From: Candidatus Iainarchaeum sp.
GTDB taxonomy: Archaea; Iainarchaeota; Iainarchaeia; Iainarchaeales; JAFCCJ01
Direction: 5' to 3'
DNA length: 28,915 bases
Assembly: GCA_043816965.1 (NCBI GenBank)
Contig: JBDRHK010000076.1
Span: 1-28,915, forward strand
Part shown: positions 9,170 through 18,668 of the stretch, one piece after another
Position numbering within the stretch: position 1 is the first letter of the stretch
Layout: each line of letters starts with the position of its first letter
Notes under the pieces: model-generated
Told to the model about the DNA's origin: nothing
The model's input: only the letters and a program-made list of their open reading frames with translations
The model's database searches: none
Translations under genes and position numbers: made by a program

Positions 9170-9835
9170 ATGGCGAAGAAGGAGCCCCTTGTGTTTGTTT
9201 TTGCTGGAGGGACAGGGACAAGGATGGGGAGAGCCGACAAATGCCTTATAGAGATTGACCCTGAAAATAAAGAGGTGCTGCACAGGACAAGCCTTGGAAG
9301 AATTATCGCACAGTTAAAGAAGAACGGGGTTTCTAAAATAAATGTATTTGCAGGAAAGAACCGGGAGGGGCTGGTTGCATACCTTGAAAAGAACCAAGAG
9401 AACATTGCGCCAATTAAAGTTGAATTGCATTCTGAATATGAGTGGGGAGAGAAGCATAAGAAAATCCGGGATATGCTAAAGCCATCCCAGTCTACACTGA
9501 TGCTTAACGCAGATGTTGTTTACAGAACTTCAACCCTCAGAAGAACATTGGACTTGGCAAGAAAGGGCAGGAAAAGGTTTGCGATAGCATATGGGCCAGA
9601 GGTGCGCGCTAGGAAGGGAATAGGGATTAGGCCGATATTTGGATGGAGCGCCGCCATAGTAAGGGAGGACGCAGCCCATTTTCTCGGAGATAAGCAGCTT
9701 GGCCATCTCAATCCGGCAAGGAAAGCCTTGAAGGGATTTGGATTAAGGATTGCGAAACCTTTTGTGAACCTTAACAGATCGGAAGATGTAACCTTGGCAA
9801 GGAAAATACTGAAAAGAAAGCATTGGCAGGTGTAA
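9170..9835 (+). CDS. Nucleotidyltransferase-like protein (MobA/CobY-like NTP transferase fold)
   Basis: FAGGTGTRMG..DKCLI signature, NADVVY, and C-terminal NLNRSED (cf. NINT..D of MobA/CobY). Confidence 0.75.
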   Translation: MAKKEPLVFVFAGGTGTRMGRADKCLIEIDPENKEVLHRTSLGRIIAQLKKNGVSKINVFAGKNREGLVAYLEKNQENIAPIKVELHSEYEWGEKHKKIRDMLKPSQSTLMLNADVVYRTSTLRRTLDLARKGRKRFAIAYGPEVRARKGIGIRPIFGWSAAIVREDAAHFLGDKQLGHLNPARKALKGFGLRIAKPFVNLNRSEDVTLARKILKRKHWQV

Positions 9836-9836
9836 T

Positions 9837-10958
9837 CTAGTCCGCAAACTCTATTCCCAAATCGATTGGCCCCTCGCCAGAGCCTTTATCTGAATCAAGG
9901 TAGGGGAATCTTCCCCCTGCAACAACCACCATTGCCTGGATCTGGTTTTTGGGCAAGTCATTATCTATCATCGCACCCCAAATAATATGGGCATTTGGGT
10001 TGATTTTTGCGGAAACTGCCTCAACAATCATTTCTGCCTCCCTCAAAGTCATGTCTATTCCGCCGATGACATTGACCAGGGCACGGTTTGCGCCTGAAAT
10101 ATCAACATCGAGCAATGGGGAAGTAAGGGCATTTTCAACAGCTTCCAAGGCCCTGGACTCTGTTGCCTTCATCATTGTTGATTCCCCCAACCCAATCATT
10201 GCCGCCCCCCCTTTTGAGAGGATAGTTTTCAGGTCGGCAAAATCAAGGTTGATTAAGCCTGGTTTTGTGACCATTTCTGTAATGCCCTTAACTGCATTGG
10301 TTAAAACCTCATCAGCAACCTTAAATGCGGCATTTACAGGAAGATCTGGAGCAATCTCAAGTATCTTGTCATTCGGGATTACAATAACAGTGTCTGCATT
10401 GTTTCTCAGCCTTGCAAGGCCTTCCATCGCATTTTCCATCCTTTTTCGTCCCTCAACAGTGAATGGAAGTGTCACAACACCTATTGTAAGGGCTTTAACA
10501 TCCTTTGCAAGTTCCGCAACTATAGGGGCTGCCCCTGTTCCTGTGCCTCCACCCATCCCGCAGGTTATAAACACCAAATCAGTCTTCTTAATAAGTTCCT
10601 GCAATTCCTGCTGGCTTTCCCTTGCGGCAGCCTCCCCAACATTGGGGTCTGAGCCTGAACCCAATCCCCTTGTCAATTCCCTCCCAATAAGCACTTTCCT
10701 GTCGGCATGTACATTCAGGAGGTCCTGGGCATCTGTGTTAAGGGCAAATGTTTCTGCACCCACTATTCCTACTTCACTCATTCTTTCAATGGTGTTGCAG
10801 CCTCCGCCGCCTACACCTATAACCTTAATTCTGGCCTGGCTTGATTCCAGGAGCTGCCTAAGGTCCTCATCATCCTGTATTAATTTCCTTTTCTTAGGAG
10901 CCCCTGTTTTTGACTCCTCTTTGGCCCTTTTTATCGCCCTAGAAACAAAAGTTTTCAC
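9837..10958 (-). CDS. ftsZ: Cell division protein FtsZ (FtsZ1 type by gene context)
   Basis: GVGGGGCN, GMGGGTGTG tubulin signature and INLDFAD; GTG start after a GAGGGTGA RBS. Confidence 0.98.
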   Translation of the reverse strand: MKTFVSRAIKRAKEESKTGAPKKRKLIQDDEDLRQLLESSQARIKVIGVGGGGCNTIERMSEVGIVGAETFALNTDAQDLLNVHADRKVLIGRELTRGLGSGSDPNVGEAAARESQQELQELIKKTDLVFITCGMGGGTGTGAAPIVAELAKDVKALTIGVVTLPFTVEGRKRMENAMEGLARLRNNADTVIVIPNDKILEIAPDLPVNAAFKVADEVLTNAVKGITEMVTKPGLINLDFADLKTILSKGGAAMIGLGESTMMKATESRALEAVENALTSPLLDVDISGANRALVNVIGGIDMTLREAEMIVEAVSAKINPNAHIIWGAMIDNDLPKNQIQAMVVVAGGRFPYLDSDKGSGEGPIDLGIEFAD

Positions 10959-11244
10959 CCAGAATCACCCTCAAAGTTTAAAGCAGTATTTTGCATCTAT
11001 TAATTCTTTTCATGAAATGGTTTTAAATCTATTCCCATCATTTTGCGGTAAAAATTAACCACTTGGGAGTGGTAAAAAAACCTACTTAATCAGGTATGGC
11101 AATCTTTGCCAGGCTCATTTCAGGCATTTTACTTGAATCTTGAGGAGTAAATTACCGCATCAACTATTGCCTGGCAGGAAAAATTTCCCAAAACATAACT
11201 GCAAATACCCTAAATTTTTATATAAGATAGTGTGTTATTAATGC

Positions 11245-11937
11245 ATGGATGAGAGGATTTACAACGCGGCAAAAATTTCTGTGCAAAGCGGAAATGGATT
11301 GGAAGAAACTATCAAAGACCTTGAGGAAAAATATGGCCCACTTTCGGAAGAGCAGATTGCGGCAGTTGAGGAAATAATCGGAGAAATGAAAGGCAGGCGG
11401 CCTTCTGGAGTTTTTATCAAGGTTTTTCTTGTTATTGCGTTTCTCCTGCTTGGGAGTGGAATTTTCCTTTTTTACCTTGAATTTTTCGAACATACAAAGT
11501 ACACTGCCAATGAATGCGATTCCTCCCCTGTGGAAATTCAACTCAGCGGGAACAGGGATTTCAGGCTGATGGTTAAAAATTCATTGAATCTGCTTATGAA
11601 TAATGATTGCGATTCCTTCCTCTTTGTTGCCACTAACACCAAATCGATTGAGCAGTCCGCATACTGGCCTATTTTGCTTTCCGGCAGGGAACCAACAAGC
11701 AGGATTAGGGATGGAAGAACCCCCATATACTCAATTGAAAATGAATCACAGATTATCGGGGTTTTGTACAGGGCGGCATGCATCCATGCAAAACTAAGCG
11801 AGGGGGAATGCAATGCAATGATGCTGGACTTGAAGAAAGAATACCCTGACGAAAAATCCAATATTATAGGAAGTGAGGATTTCGATATAGGATATAACAT
11901 TGATTTCAATCTATTAATCCCTGAGAACGGGGAATGA
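11245..11937 (+). CDS. Hypothetical single-pass membrane protein
   Basis: 230-aa ORF with one hydrophobic helix (about residues 56-80) followed by a Cys-containing, probably extracellular domain; TTTTTATA about 25 nt upstream. Confidence 0.75.
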   Translation: MDERIYNAAKISVQSGNGLEETIKDLEEKYGPLSEEQIAAVEEIIGEMKGRRPSGVFIKVFLVIAFLLLGSGIFLFYLEFFEHTKYTANECDSSPVEIQLSGNRDFRLMVKNSLNLLMNNDCDSFLFVATNTKSIEQSAYWPILLSGREPTSRIRDGRTPIYSIENESQIIGVLYRAACIHAKLSEGECNAMMLDLKKEYPDEKSNIIGSEDFDIGYNIDFNLLIPENGE

Positions 11938-12074
11938 CTTTTTTACTTTCTAATTTTTCGAAAATTGCAATGGTTAAACCCAGATAGGCTTATTTCCTGA
12001 TTCCGTTTCTCGTTCCTTTCGCTTTTTATTAGCTTAGTTCATATATTAATAAGGCAATATTGGGGGGTTTGGTT

Positions 12075-12593
12075 ATGGTAAAATTATGGAGATGTGAAAT
12101 TTGCGGGGATCCTTATGTCGGAAAAAGTGCGCCCGATAACTGCCCGTTTTGCGGGGCCTATAAGAAATATATAAAGGAAGTGAATGAGGCAATTGTTAAT
12201 TTTGATGTTGAACTCAATGAGATGGACAGGGCAAATGCCGGGCACGCCCTTCAGGTGGAGGTCAGCAATGCCGCATTTTATTTCTGCGCCGCAAAGAAGA
12301 CCGATGATGATGAGGGGAAACTGCTTTTTAAGGCACTGGGAAAGGTGGAGGCAGAGCATGCTGCCATCTGGAGGAAAATTCTGAAACTGGATTCGGTTCC
12401 AGCGGGGAATGATCCCTGCGATACTGACAACAAAAAAAACCTGGAGAATTCGCATACGAGGGAAACAAATGCCATCAAGTTCTACACAAAGGCTGCCTCT
12501 GAATCAGAGAATGAACGGGTAAAGGAAATATTTGAGGCGCTGATTGAGGTTGAAACAGACCACTTGAAACTCTCAGGGGAGAGATTGAAATAA
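12075..12593 (+). CDS. Reverse-rubrerythrin-like protein (N-terminal rubredoxin knuckle + ferritin-like di-iron domain)
   Basis: WRCEICG...CPFCGA followed by E..EAEH and E..ETDH di-iron motifs; ATG 12075 follows a G-rich RBS. Confidence 0.88.
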   Translation: MVKLWRCEICGDPYVGKSAPDNCPFCGAYKKYIKEVNEAIVNFDVELNEMDRANAGHALQVEVSNAAFYFCAAKKTDDDEGKLLFKALGKVEAEHAAIWRKILKLDSVPAGNDPCDTDNKKNLENSHTRETNAIKFYTKAASESENERVKEIFEALIEVETDHLKLSGERLK

Positions 12594-12616
12594 TTTGGGG
12601 GTATGGGGGAGATTGA

Positions 12617-12982
12617 ATGGGAAAAATATACAAATGCAATATTTGCGGGAACATTGTCGAGCTTCTGCATAATGGCGGCGGCGAACTGGTTTGCTGCGGG
12701 CAGCCGATGCAACTGGTTGAGGAAAAAACCCAGGACGAGGGAATGGAGAAGCATGTTCCGGTTATTGAGAAAACCGATAAGGGTGTTAAGGTAAAGGTTG
12801 GCTCTGTTCCTCACCCTATGGAGGCAGCACATTTCATACAGTGGATTGAGCTGATTGCTGATGGAAGGAGTTACAGGAAATTTCTGAATCCAGGAGAAGC
12901 ACCTGAGGCGGAATTTGAAATCAGCGCGGAAAATGTGACGGCTAGAGAGTACTGCAATTTGCATGGTTTGTGGAAGTCTTAG
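12617..12982 (+). CDS. dfx: Desulfoferrodoxin (2Fe superoxide reductase)
   Basis: YKCNICGN...LVCCG desulforedoxin domain; EKHVP, HPM...H and YCNLHG active-site ligands. Confidence 0.95.
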   Translation: MGKIYKCNICGNIVELLHNGGGELVCCGQPMQLVEEKTQDEGMEKHVPVIEKTDKGVKVKVGSVPHPMEAAHFIQWIELIADGRSYRKFLNPGEAPEAEFEISAENVTAREYCNLHGLWKS

Positions 12983-13030
12983 AAACCCAAGCTTTAAATA
13001 CTTTTAAGTCCAGTAATATAAAGGGTTGGA

Positions 13031-14005
13031 TTGGTACTAAAAAAAGCCAGAAAATCTGGGTCTGTTTCTAAATTTTCCCATACTGATGTTATTTCCATCA
13101 ATGATTTCTCCAGGAATGACATTGAGGCTGTGCTGAAAAGGGCCTCTGAGATGGAGAAAATGTCGCCCTCGAAAAAGCAGAAAATTCTTTCAGGGAAGGT
13201 TGTTGCATCACTGTTTTTCGAGCCCTCAACAAGGACTAGGCTGAGTTTTGAGGCAGCCATACAGAACCTGGGGGGAAGGGTTATTGGATTTAGCGATTCA
13301 GGGACAACTTCAGCTAAAAAGGGGGAAACCCTGAGCGACAGTGTAAGGATGGTTTCAAGGTATGCCGACATTATAGTTATGAGGCATCCGTTGGATGGGA
13401 GCGCGAGAAGGGCGTCTGAAATTTCCCCAAAGCCGGTTATTAACGGAGGTGACGGGGCAAACCAGCACCCAACACAAACACTTCTTGACCTTTACACAAT
13501 ACAAAAAAAGTTCGGGAAGATTGACGGATTGAGCATTGGAATGCTTGGCGACTTGAAATACGGGCGAACTGTGCATTCGCTCGCATATGCACTTGCCAAA
13601 TTTAAGGGAGTGAAATTATATTTTATTGCACCTGAGCAACTGAAGATGCCGCAGCACATAATCGAGGACCTTGAGGGAAGGGTGAAAATCGAGGAAACCA
13701 CCGAGCTTGAGAAGTTCCTGCCAACGCTTGATGTCCTGTATGCGACGAGGATTCAGAAGGAGAGGTTTCCCGACCCTATGGAATATGAGAAATTGAAAAA
13801 CGTTTACATACTGATGAAAGACATTCTTAAAAAAACAAAAAAGAATTTCCAGATAATGCACCCCCTGCCAAGGGTGAATGAGATTAGCGGCGGGCTGGAC
13901 AAAACTGCGGCTGCCCTTTACTTCGAGCAGGCGGCCAACGGAATTCCTGTCAGGGAGGCCCTGCTGTCGATGCTTATAGGGAAGAAAAAGAAGGTGGATG
14001 AGTGA
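13031..14005 (+). CDS. pyrB: Aspartate carbamoyltransferase catalytic subunit
   Basis: FFEPSTRTRLSF, HPTQTLLD, GDLKYGRTVHS, RIQKERF, HPLP. Confidence 0.98.
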   Translation: MVLKKARKSGSVSKFSHTDVISINDFSRNDIEAVLKRASEMEKMSPSKKQKILSGKVVASLFFEPSTRTRLSFEAAIQNLGGRVIGFSDSGTTSAKKGETLSDSVRMVSRYADIIVMRHPLDGSARRASEISPKPVINGGDGANQHPTQTLLDLYTIQKKFGKIDGLSIGMLGDLKYGRTVHSLAYALAKFKGVKLYFIAPEQLKMPQHIIEDLEGRVKIEETTELEKFLPTLDVLYATRIQKERFPDPMEYEKLKNVYILMKDILKKTKKNFQIMHPLPRVNEISGGLDKTAAALYFEQAANGIPVREALLSMLIGKKKKVDE

Positions 14006-14451
14006 AGAAGGAAATTAAGGTTACGCCAATAAAAAACGGGACTGTGATAGACCACCTCCCTGCGGGGACTGCCCTAAGGGTTTTGAGATTCCTGAAACTG
14101 AAAAACAACCCAATTACAATTGCAATGAATGTGGAAAGCAAAAAACAAGGGAAGAAGGACATTATTTTCATCGAGGACAAATTTCTGGGGGAGAAGGAGT
14201 TTGCAAAGATTGCCCTTATAGGAAAGGGGGCGACCATGAACATAATTAAGAACCATGAGGTGAAGAGCAAGGGGAAAATAGAAATCCGTGATTTTGCTGA
14301 AGGAATTATAAAATGCATTAACCCTAACTGCATATCAAATGCGGAGAGTATAAAAACCAAATTTGTTATTAAAGATAAGCCATTGAAGGCAGTCTGTTAC
14401 TACTGCCAGAAAACAATGGATGAACTGGAAATAATTGAATCCATAAAGTAG
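14002..14451 (+). CDS. pyrI: Aspartate carbamoyltransferase regulatory subunit
   Basis: IKNGTVIDH; Zn site CINPNCI...CYYC; GTGA overlap with pyrB. Confidence 0.97.
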   Translation: MKKEIKVTPIKNGTVIDHLPAGTALRVLRFLKLKNNPITIAMNVESKKQGKKDIIFIEDKFLGEKEFAKIALIGKGATMNIIKNHEVKSKGKIEIRDFAEGIIKCINPNCISNAESIKTKFVIKDKPLKAVCYYCQKTMDELEIIESIK

Positions 14452-14456
14452 AGGAA

Positions 14457-15380
14457 ATGGTGGGGAAATTGGCTGAATTGAAGGTAGATTACGCTGGCGT
14501 AAAATTCAGAAATCCAACCGTGCTTGTTTCCGGGGTTTTTGGAACTGATGCCGCCTCGCTGAAAAGGGCCGCAAAGGCGGGTGCAGGGGCCGTAACAATG
14601 AAATCCATCGGGCCTGAGGAAAGGCAGGGGCATAACAACCCAACTGTTGTTGCAACCGAACATTTCATGCACAATGCGGTTGGTTTGCCGACTCCGGGCT
14701 ATAAAAATATGGGAGATAAATGGGAGGCATTGAAATCCAGGGATTTCCCGCTAATTGCAAGTGTTTTCGCAACTTCTGTTGAGGAGCACGCAATTGTTGC
14801 CGAGGAGGTCGCCTCGCACAAGCCTGATTTAATTGAGCTTAACCTTTCCTGCCCAAATGTGAAAGGACTTGGGCATGCATTCGGGACAGATCCTGAGACA
14901 GCGGCAAAAATTGTTGAGGAAGTGAAGAAGGTTTCGGGAAAGATTCCTGTGATAGCAAAATTAACGCCCAACACCCATCGCCTGGTTGAGGTTGGAAAGG
15001 CCTGCGAGGAGGCCGGGGCAAATGGCTTGGTTGCCATAAACACCCTTGGGGGAATGATGATAAACATTGACGCAAGGAGGCCAATTTTACACAACAAGTT
15101 TGGCGGGGTGAGCGGGCCTGCAATAAAGCCTGTTGCCGTGAAATCTATTTATCAACTTTATGCAAACTGCAAAATCCCGATACTTGGAATGGGCGGGATT
15201 ATGAACGGGGAGGATGCGATTGAGCTTATGATGGCAGGTGCAAGTGCGGTTGGAATTGGAACTGCAGTTCATTACCGCGGAATTGAGGTCTTTGAACTGG
15301 TTGTGAAGGAAATGAATGACTGGATGGATAAAAATGGGGTTAAAAAAGTAAGTGATTTGGTTGGTGTGGCGCATGAGTGA
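14457..15380 (+). CDS. pyrD: Dihydroorotate dehydrogenase 1B catalytic subunit
   Basis: NAVGL, ELNLSCPNV, AKLTPN, INT, GGVSGPAIKP. Confidence 0.96.
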   Translation: MVGKLAELKVDYAGVKFRNPTVLVSGVFGTDAASLKRAAKAGAGAVTMKSIGPEERQGHNNPTVVATEHFMHNAVGLPTPGYKNMGDKWEALKSRDFPLIASVFATSVEEHAIVAEEVASHKPDLIELNLSCPNVKGLGHAFGTDPETAAKIVEEVKKVSGKIPVIAKLTPNTHRLVEVGKACEEAGANGLVAINTLGGMMINIDARRPILHNKFGGVSGPAIKPVAVKSIYQLYANCKIPILGMGGIMNGEDAIELMMAGASAVGIGTAVHYRGIEVFELVVKEMNDWMDKNGVKKVSDLVGVAHE

Positions 15381-16182
15381 TGTTCCTAAAATGGTTGAAA
15401 TCAAGAGGATTCAGAAGGAAACAAAAAACATAAGGACTTTTTTCCTTGACACCGCGATTAATTCTGCGCCAGGGCAGTTTCTTATGGCATGGCTTCCGGG
15501 AATTGATGAAAAGCCCTTTGGAATCTCCTTCAGGGCACCTGAGCTTGGGATTACTGTTGAGCAGAAGGGTAAATTTACTGAGGAATTGTTCTTCTTAAAA
15601 GAGGGGGATAAGATAGGGATCAGGGGGCCATATGGAAATGGTTTTGATACTGAGGGAGTTAAGACTGCCTGTTTGGTCGCGGGCGGAGTTGGAGTTGCCC
15701 CAATAAATGCCCTGGCCGTTGACCTGAAACAGAGCGGAGTTGAGATGAAAATAATTCTCGGGGCAAGAACTCAGGACCATCTTTCCCTTTCAGAATCCCT
15801 GCTTCAGTGTGGTGAATTATACATAACAACTGATGACGGGAGCATGGGAGAAAAAGGTTTCACCACGGATAAGTTGAGGGCTTTACTAAATGAGGAGAAA
15901 TTTGACAGGATTTATTGCTGCGGGCCTGAAGTTATGATGATTGAGGTTATGAAGATTGCAGATTCCAATGGAATCGAGATGCAGGCATCTTTAGAAAGGT
16001 ATATGCGCTGTGGCACTGGTGTTTGCGGCGCATGTTCCATCAACGGGATTATGGTCTGCAAGGACGGGCCTGTGTTCAATTCAGAGCAGCTGAAGAAACT
16101 CACTGAACTCGGAAAGTGGGCAAGGGCCAAATCAGGGAAAAAGGTCACATTGGATGATTACTGCAGGGGGAAGTGCCTATGA
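15373..16182 (+). CDS. pyrK: Dihydroorotate dehydrogenase electron transfer subunit
   Basis: RGPYGNGF, GGVGVAP, CGPEVM and the 2Fe-2S motif MRCGTGVCGAC...CKDGPVF; start set at ATG 15373. Confidence 0.95.
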   Translation: MSDVPKMVEIKRIQKETKNIRTFFLDTAINSAPGQFLMAWLPGIDEKPFGISFRAPELGITVEQKGKFTEELFFLKEGDKIGIRGPYGNGFDTEGVKTACLVAGGVGVAPINALAVDLKQSGVEMKIILGARTQDHLSLSESLLQCGELYITTDDGSMGEKGFTTDKLRALLNEEKFDRIYCCGPEVMMIEVMKIADSNGIEMQASLERYMRCGTGVCGACSINGIMVCKDGPVFNSEQLKKLTELGKWARAKSGKKVTLDDYCRGKCL

Positions 16183-17363
16183 AACTTGTTCTAAAAAACG
16201 GGCAGGTGTTTTCCGGAGGGGAATTGAAGAATCTGAATATTGGAATTGATAATGGGAAGATTGCCGAATTGAGTGAGGGGGAAATTTCAGGGAGCGAGGA
16301 AATTGACTGCACAGGAAAAGTAATTCTCCCTGGATTGATTGACCCCCATGTTCATTTCAGAACTCCTGGGCTGGAGCACAAGGAAGATTGGGCAACAGGA
16401 AGCAGGGCCGCATTGCATGGGGGCGTTACCACTGTTCTAGATATGCCAAACACAAACCCCCCGACCCTGAGTGTTGAACTGCTGGAGGAAAAGAGGAAAA
16501 TTGTCGGGAAAGATTCGTTGGTTAATTTTGGTTTCCATTTCGGCGCTGCGGTTGATAATATAGGGGAAATTAAGAAAGTGACGAATGTCGCCTCTGTTAA
16601 GGTTTTCATGAACCTTTCAACAGGGAGAATGCTTATCAGCGATAGGGGAAAACTGGGAGAGATTTTTGGCGCAGCAAAGCAGATTGCGGTACATGCAGAG
16701 GGAAGCAAGGTAAGGCTGGCAATGGATTTGGCAAAGGAAACAGGCACAAAATTGTATTTATGCCATATTTCAACTGCTGAAGAGCTGGAGATGATTGCCG
16801 ATGAAGATGTTTCTGTTGAGGCAACTCCCCATCACCTGTTCTTAACCGAGAAGGATGCAGTAAGCCCTTTTTTCAAAATGATTCCTGGCCTTAAATCACA
16901 AAAAGACCAGGATAAACTTTGGGAGGCGATTAATTCAGGGAGGGTGAACTCCATCGGGACAGACCATGCGCCGCACACTGCTGAAGAAAAGGAATCAGAA
17001 GACCCTCCTGCAGGCGTTCCCGGGATTGAAACAATGCTCCCCCTTTTGCTGGATTCAGTTAATGGCGGACGGCTGGAATTGGGAAAGATTGTTGAGCTCT
17101 GCTGCGAGAACCCTGCAAGGATTTTTGGAATAAAAAATAAGGGCTTTATTGAAGAGGGATTTGACGCCGATTTGGCAGTGGTGGATTTGGAAAAGGAGTG
17201 GGTTGTGAAGGGAAAGGAACTTTTCACCAAGTGCAAATGGAGCCCTTTCGACGGAAAAAGATTAAAAGGATTTGTTGAGAGAACAATTGTCGGGGGAATT
17301 GTAAAATTCGAAAATGGAAAAATTGTTTCAGAGGAGCGGGGTGAGGAAATTGATTTCGAATGA
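16179..17363 (+). CDS. pyrC: Dihydroorotase
   Basis: PGLIDPHVHFR, DMPNT, TPHHL, TDHAPH; ATGA overlap with pyrK. Confidence 0.95.
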   Translation: MKLVLKNGQVFSGGELKNLNIGIDNGKIAELSEGEISGSEEIDCTGKVILPGLIDPHVHFRTPGLEHKEDWATGSRAALHGGVTTVLDMPNTNPPTLSVELLEEKRKIVGKDSLVNFGFHFGAAVDNIGEIKKVTNVASVKVFMNLSTGRMLISDRGKLGEIFGAAKQIAVHAEGSKVRLAMDLAKETGTKLYLCHISTAEELEMIADEDVSVEATPHHLFLTEKDAVSPFFKMIPGLKSQKDQDKLWEAINSGRVNSIGTDHAPHTAEEKESEDPPAGVPGIETMLPLLLDSVNGGRLELGKIVELCCENPARIFGIKNKGFIEEGFDADLAVVDLEKEWVVKGKELFTKCKWSPFDGKRLKGFVERTIVGGIVKFENGKIVSEERGEEIDFE

Positions 17364-17970
17364 CGAGAAAAAGGATTTGGCACTGGAATTGCATAGGATT
17401 GGGGTGGTTAAATTTGGCGAGTTTACATTAAAAAGCGGGCTTAAGGCGCCGATTTATCTTGACCTTAGGCTATTGGTTTCATATCCCTCGGTATTGGAAA
17501 TGGCCGCAAAGGCGTTGATTTCACTTATATCTGGCTTGGAATTTGACAGGATTGCCGGAATTCCATATGCGGCAATCCCTATTGCAACCGCGGTAAGCCT
17601 GCAGTCGGAAGTTCCTATGATTTATCCGAGAAAAGAGGCCAAGGATTATGGGCTGAAAAGGCCTATTGAAGGGGAATTCAAGGAAGGGGAAACAATCCTT
17701 GTCTTTGATGATTTGATTACAACAGGGGGGAGCAAGATTGAGGCAATTGCCCCTTTGGAAGCAAGCGGGCTTAAGGTGAAAGATATTGCGGTTATTGTCG
17801 ACAGGGAGCAGGGGGGAAAGGAGGAACTGAAGGCCAAGGGATATGAGCTGCACTCGGTTCTCACCCTGAAGGAATTGCTGAATTTTTTAAAGGATGGGGG
17901 CAAGATTTCAGAAGAGGAATTCTCCAGCCTCATGAATTATCTTGAAAACCCTGCGGAGTGGAAAAAATGA
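17350..17970 (+). CDS. pyrE: Orotate phosphoribosyltransferase
   Basis: FGEFTLKSG, YLDLR, RKEAKDYG and the PRPP loop VFDDLITTGGS; probable TTG start at 17350 after GGTGAGG. Confidence 0.95.
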   Translation: MISNDEKKDLALELHRIGVVKFGEFTLKSGLKAPIYLDLRLLVSYPSVLEMAAKALISLISGLEFDRIAGIPYAAIPIATAVSLQSEVPMIYPRKEAKDYGLKRPIEGEFKEGETILVFDDLITTGGSKIEAIAPLEASGLKVKDIAVIVDREQGGKEELKAKGYELHSVLTLKELLNFLKDGGKISEEEFSSLMNYLENPAEWKK

Positions 17971-18668
17971 GCAAAATAATTGAACTGGATAGAAGTGTTA
18001 TTCCTGCATGCGATGTCCCTGATTTGGAAACATTGGCAAAATTAGTTGAGGGAACTGCATCAGTTGAGGGGATTGGCGGATACAAAATCGGCCTGGAGTT
18101 AGTGATTCCTTTTGGCATGAAAGCAGTTGTTGAAACAATCAGGGAGAAAAGCGATTTGCCGATTATTTACGACCACCAGAAGGCGGCGACAGATATTCCT
18201 GCATTGGGAAAGAAATTTGCTGCTGCGTGCAAAGGGGTTGATGCAATAATCCTTTTCCCCCAGGCAGGCCCTGTTACTGAGAAGGAGTGGATTGCCGCCG
18301 CTAAAGAGGCAGGCTTCGGGGTTATTGTCGGCGGGGAAATGACCCATGAAGGATATATGGAAAGCGATGGAGGGTTTATCAGGGAAGGTGCGCCTGAGAA
18401 AATTTATGAAATCGCCGCCGGGAATGGGGTGAGCGATTTTGTTGTTCCCGGCAATAAGCCGGATAAGATAATGCATTACAGGGAATTTCTGGAGGGAAAA
18501 GGCATTGAGCCAGTATTCTACTCCCCTGGCTTGGTTGCGCAGGGCGGTGAAATCACGGAATCCGCAACAGCTGCAGGGGAAAGATGGCATGCGATTGTTG
18601 GAAGGGGACTTTATCAGGCTGCCGATATTAATGCTGCCGCCAGGGAATTGACAGCCAAATTGAGATGA
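17967..18668 (+). CDS. pyrF: Orotidine-5'-phosphate decarboxylase (atypical motif spacing)
   Basis: IPACD, YKIG, DHQKAATDIP, VPG, SPG...QGG, IVGR; position directly after pyrE. Confidence 0.88.
   Translation: MSKIIELDRSVIPACDVPDLETLAKLVEGTASVEGIGGYKIGLELVIPFGMKAVVETIREKSDLPIIYDHQKAATDIPALGKKFAAACKGVDAIILFPQAGPVTEKEWIAAAKEAGFGVIVGGEMTHEGYMESDGGFIREGAPEKIYEIAAGNGVSDFVVPGNKPDKIMHYREFLEGKGIEPVFYSPGLVAQGGEITESATAAGERWHAIVGRGLYQAADINAAARELTAKLR

Noticed and set aside
9086..9283. N-terminal extension of the 386-aa ORF
   Set aside because: It overlaps the divergent transferase gene; alignment with the paralog supports ATG 9085.
9949..11058. 369-aa ORF antisense to ftsZ
   Set aside because: In-register antisense frame of a conserved gene, with no independent protein features.
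11096..11220. Short ORF MAIFARLISGILLES*GVNY... interrupted by TGA (possible readthrough or recoding)
   Set aside because: Too short, no recognisable motif, and TGA is a normal stop in many genes in this window.
11245..11937. IIGVLYRAACIH as a degenerate HExxH metalloprotease motif
   Set aside because: Key residues are absent; the resemblance is too weak to support without a structure search.
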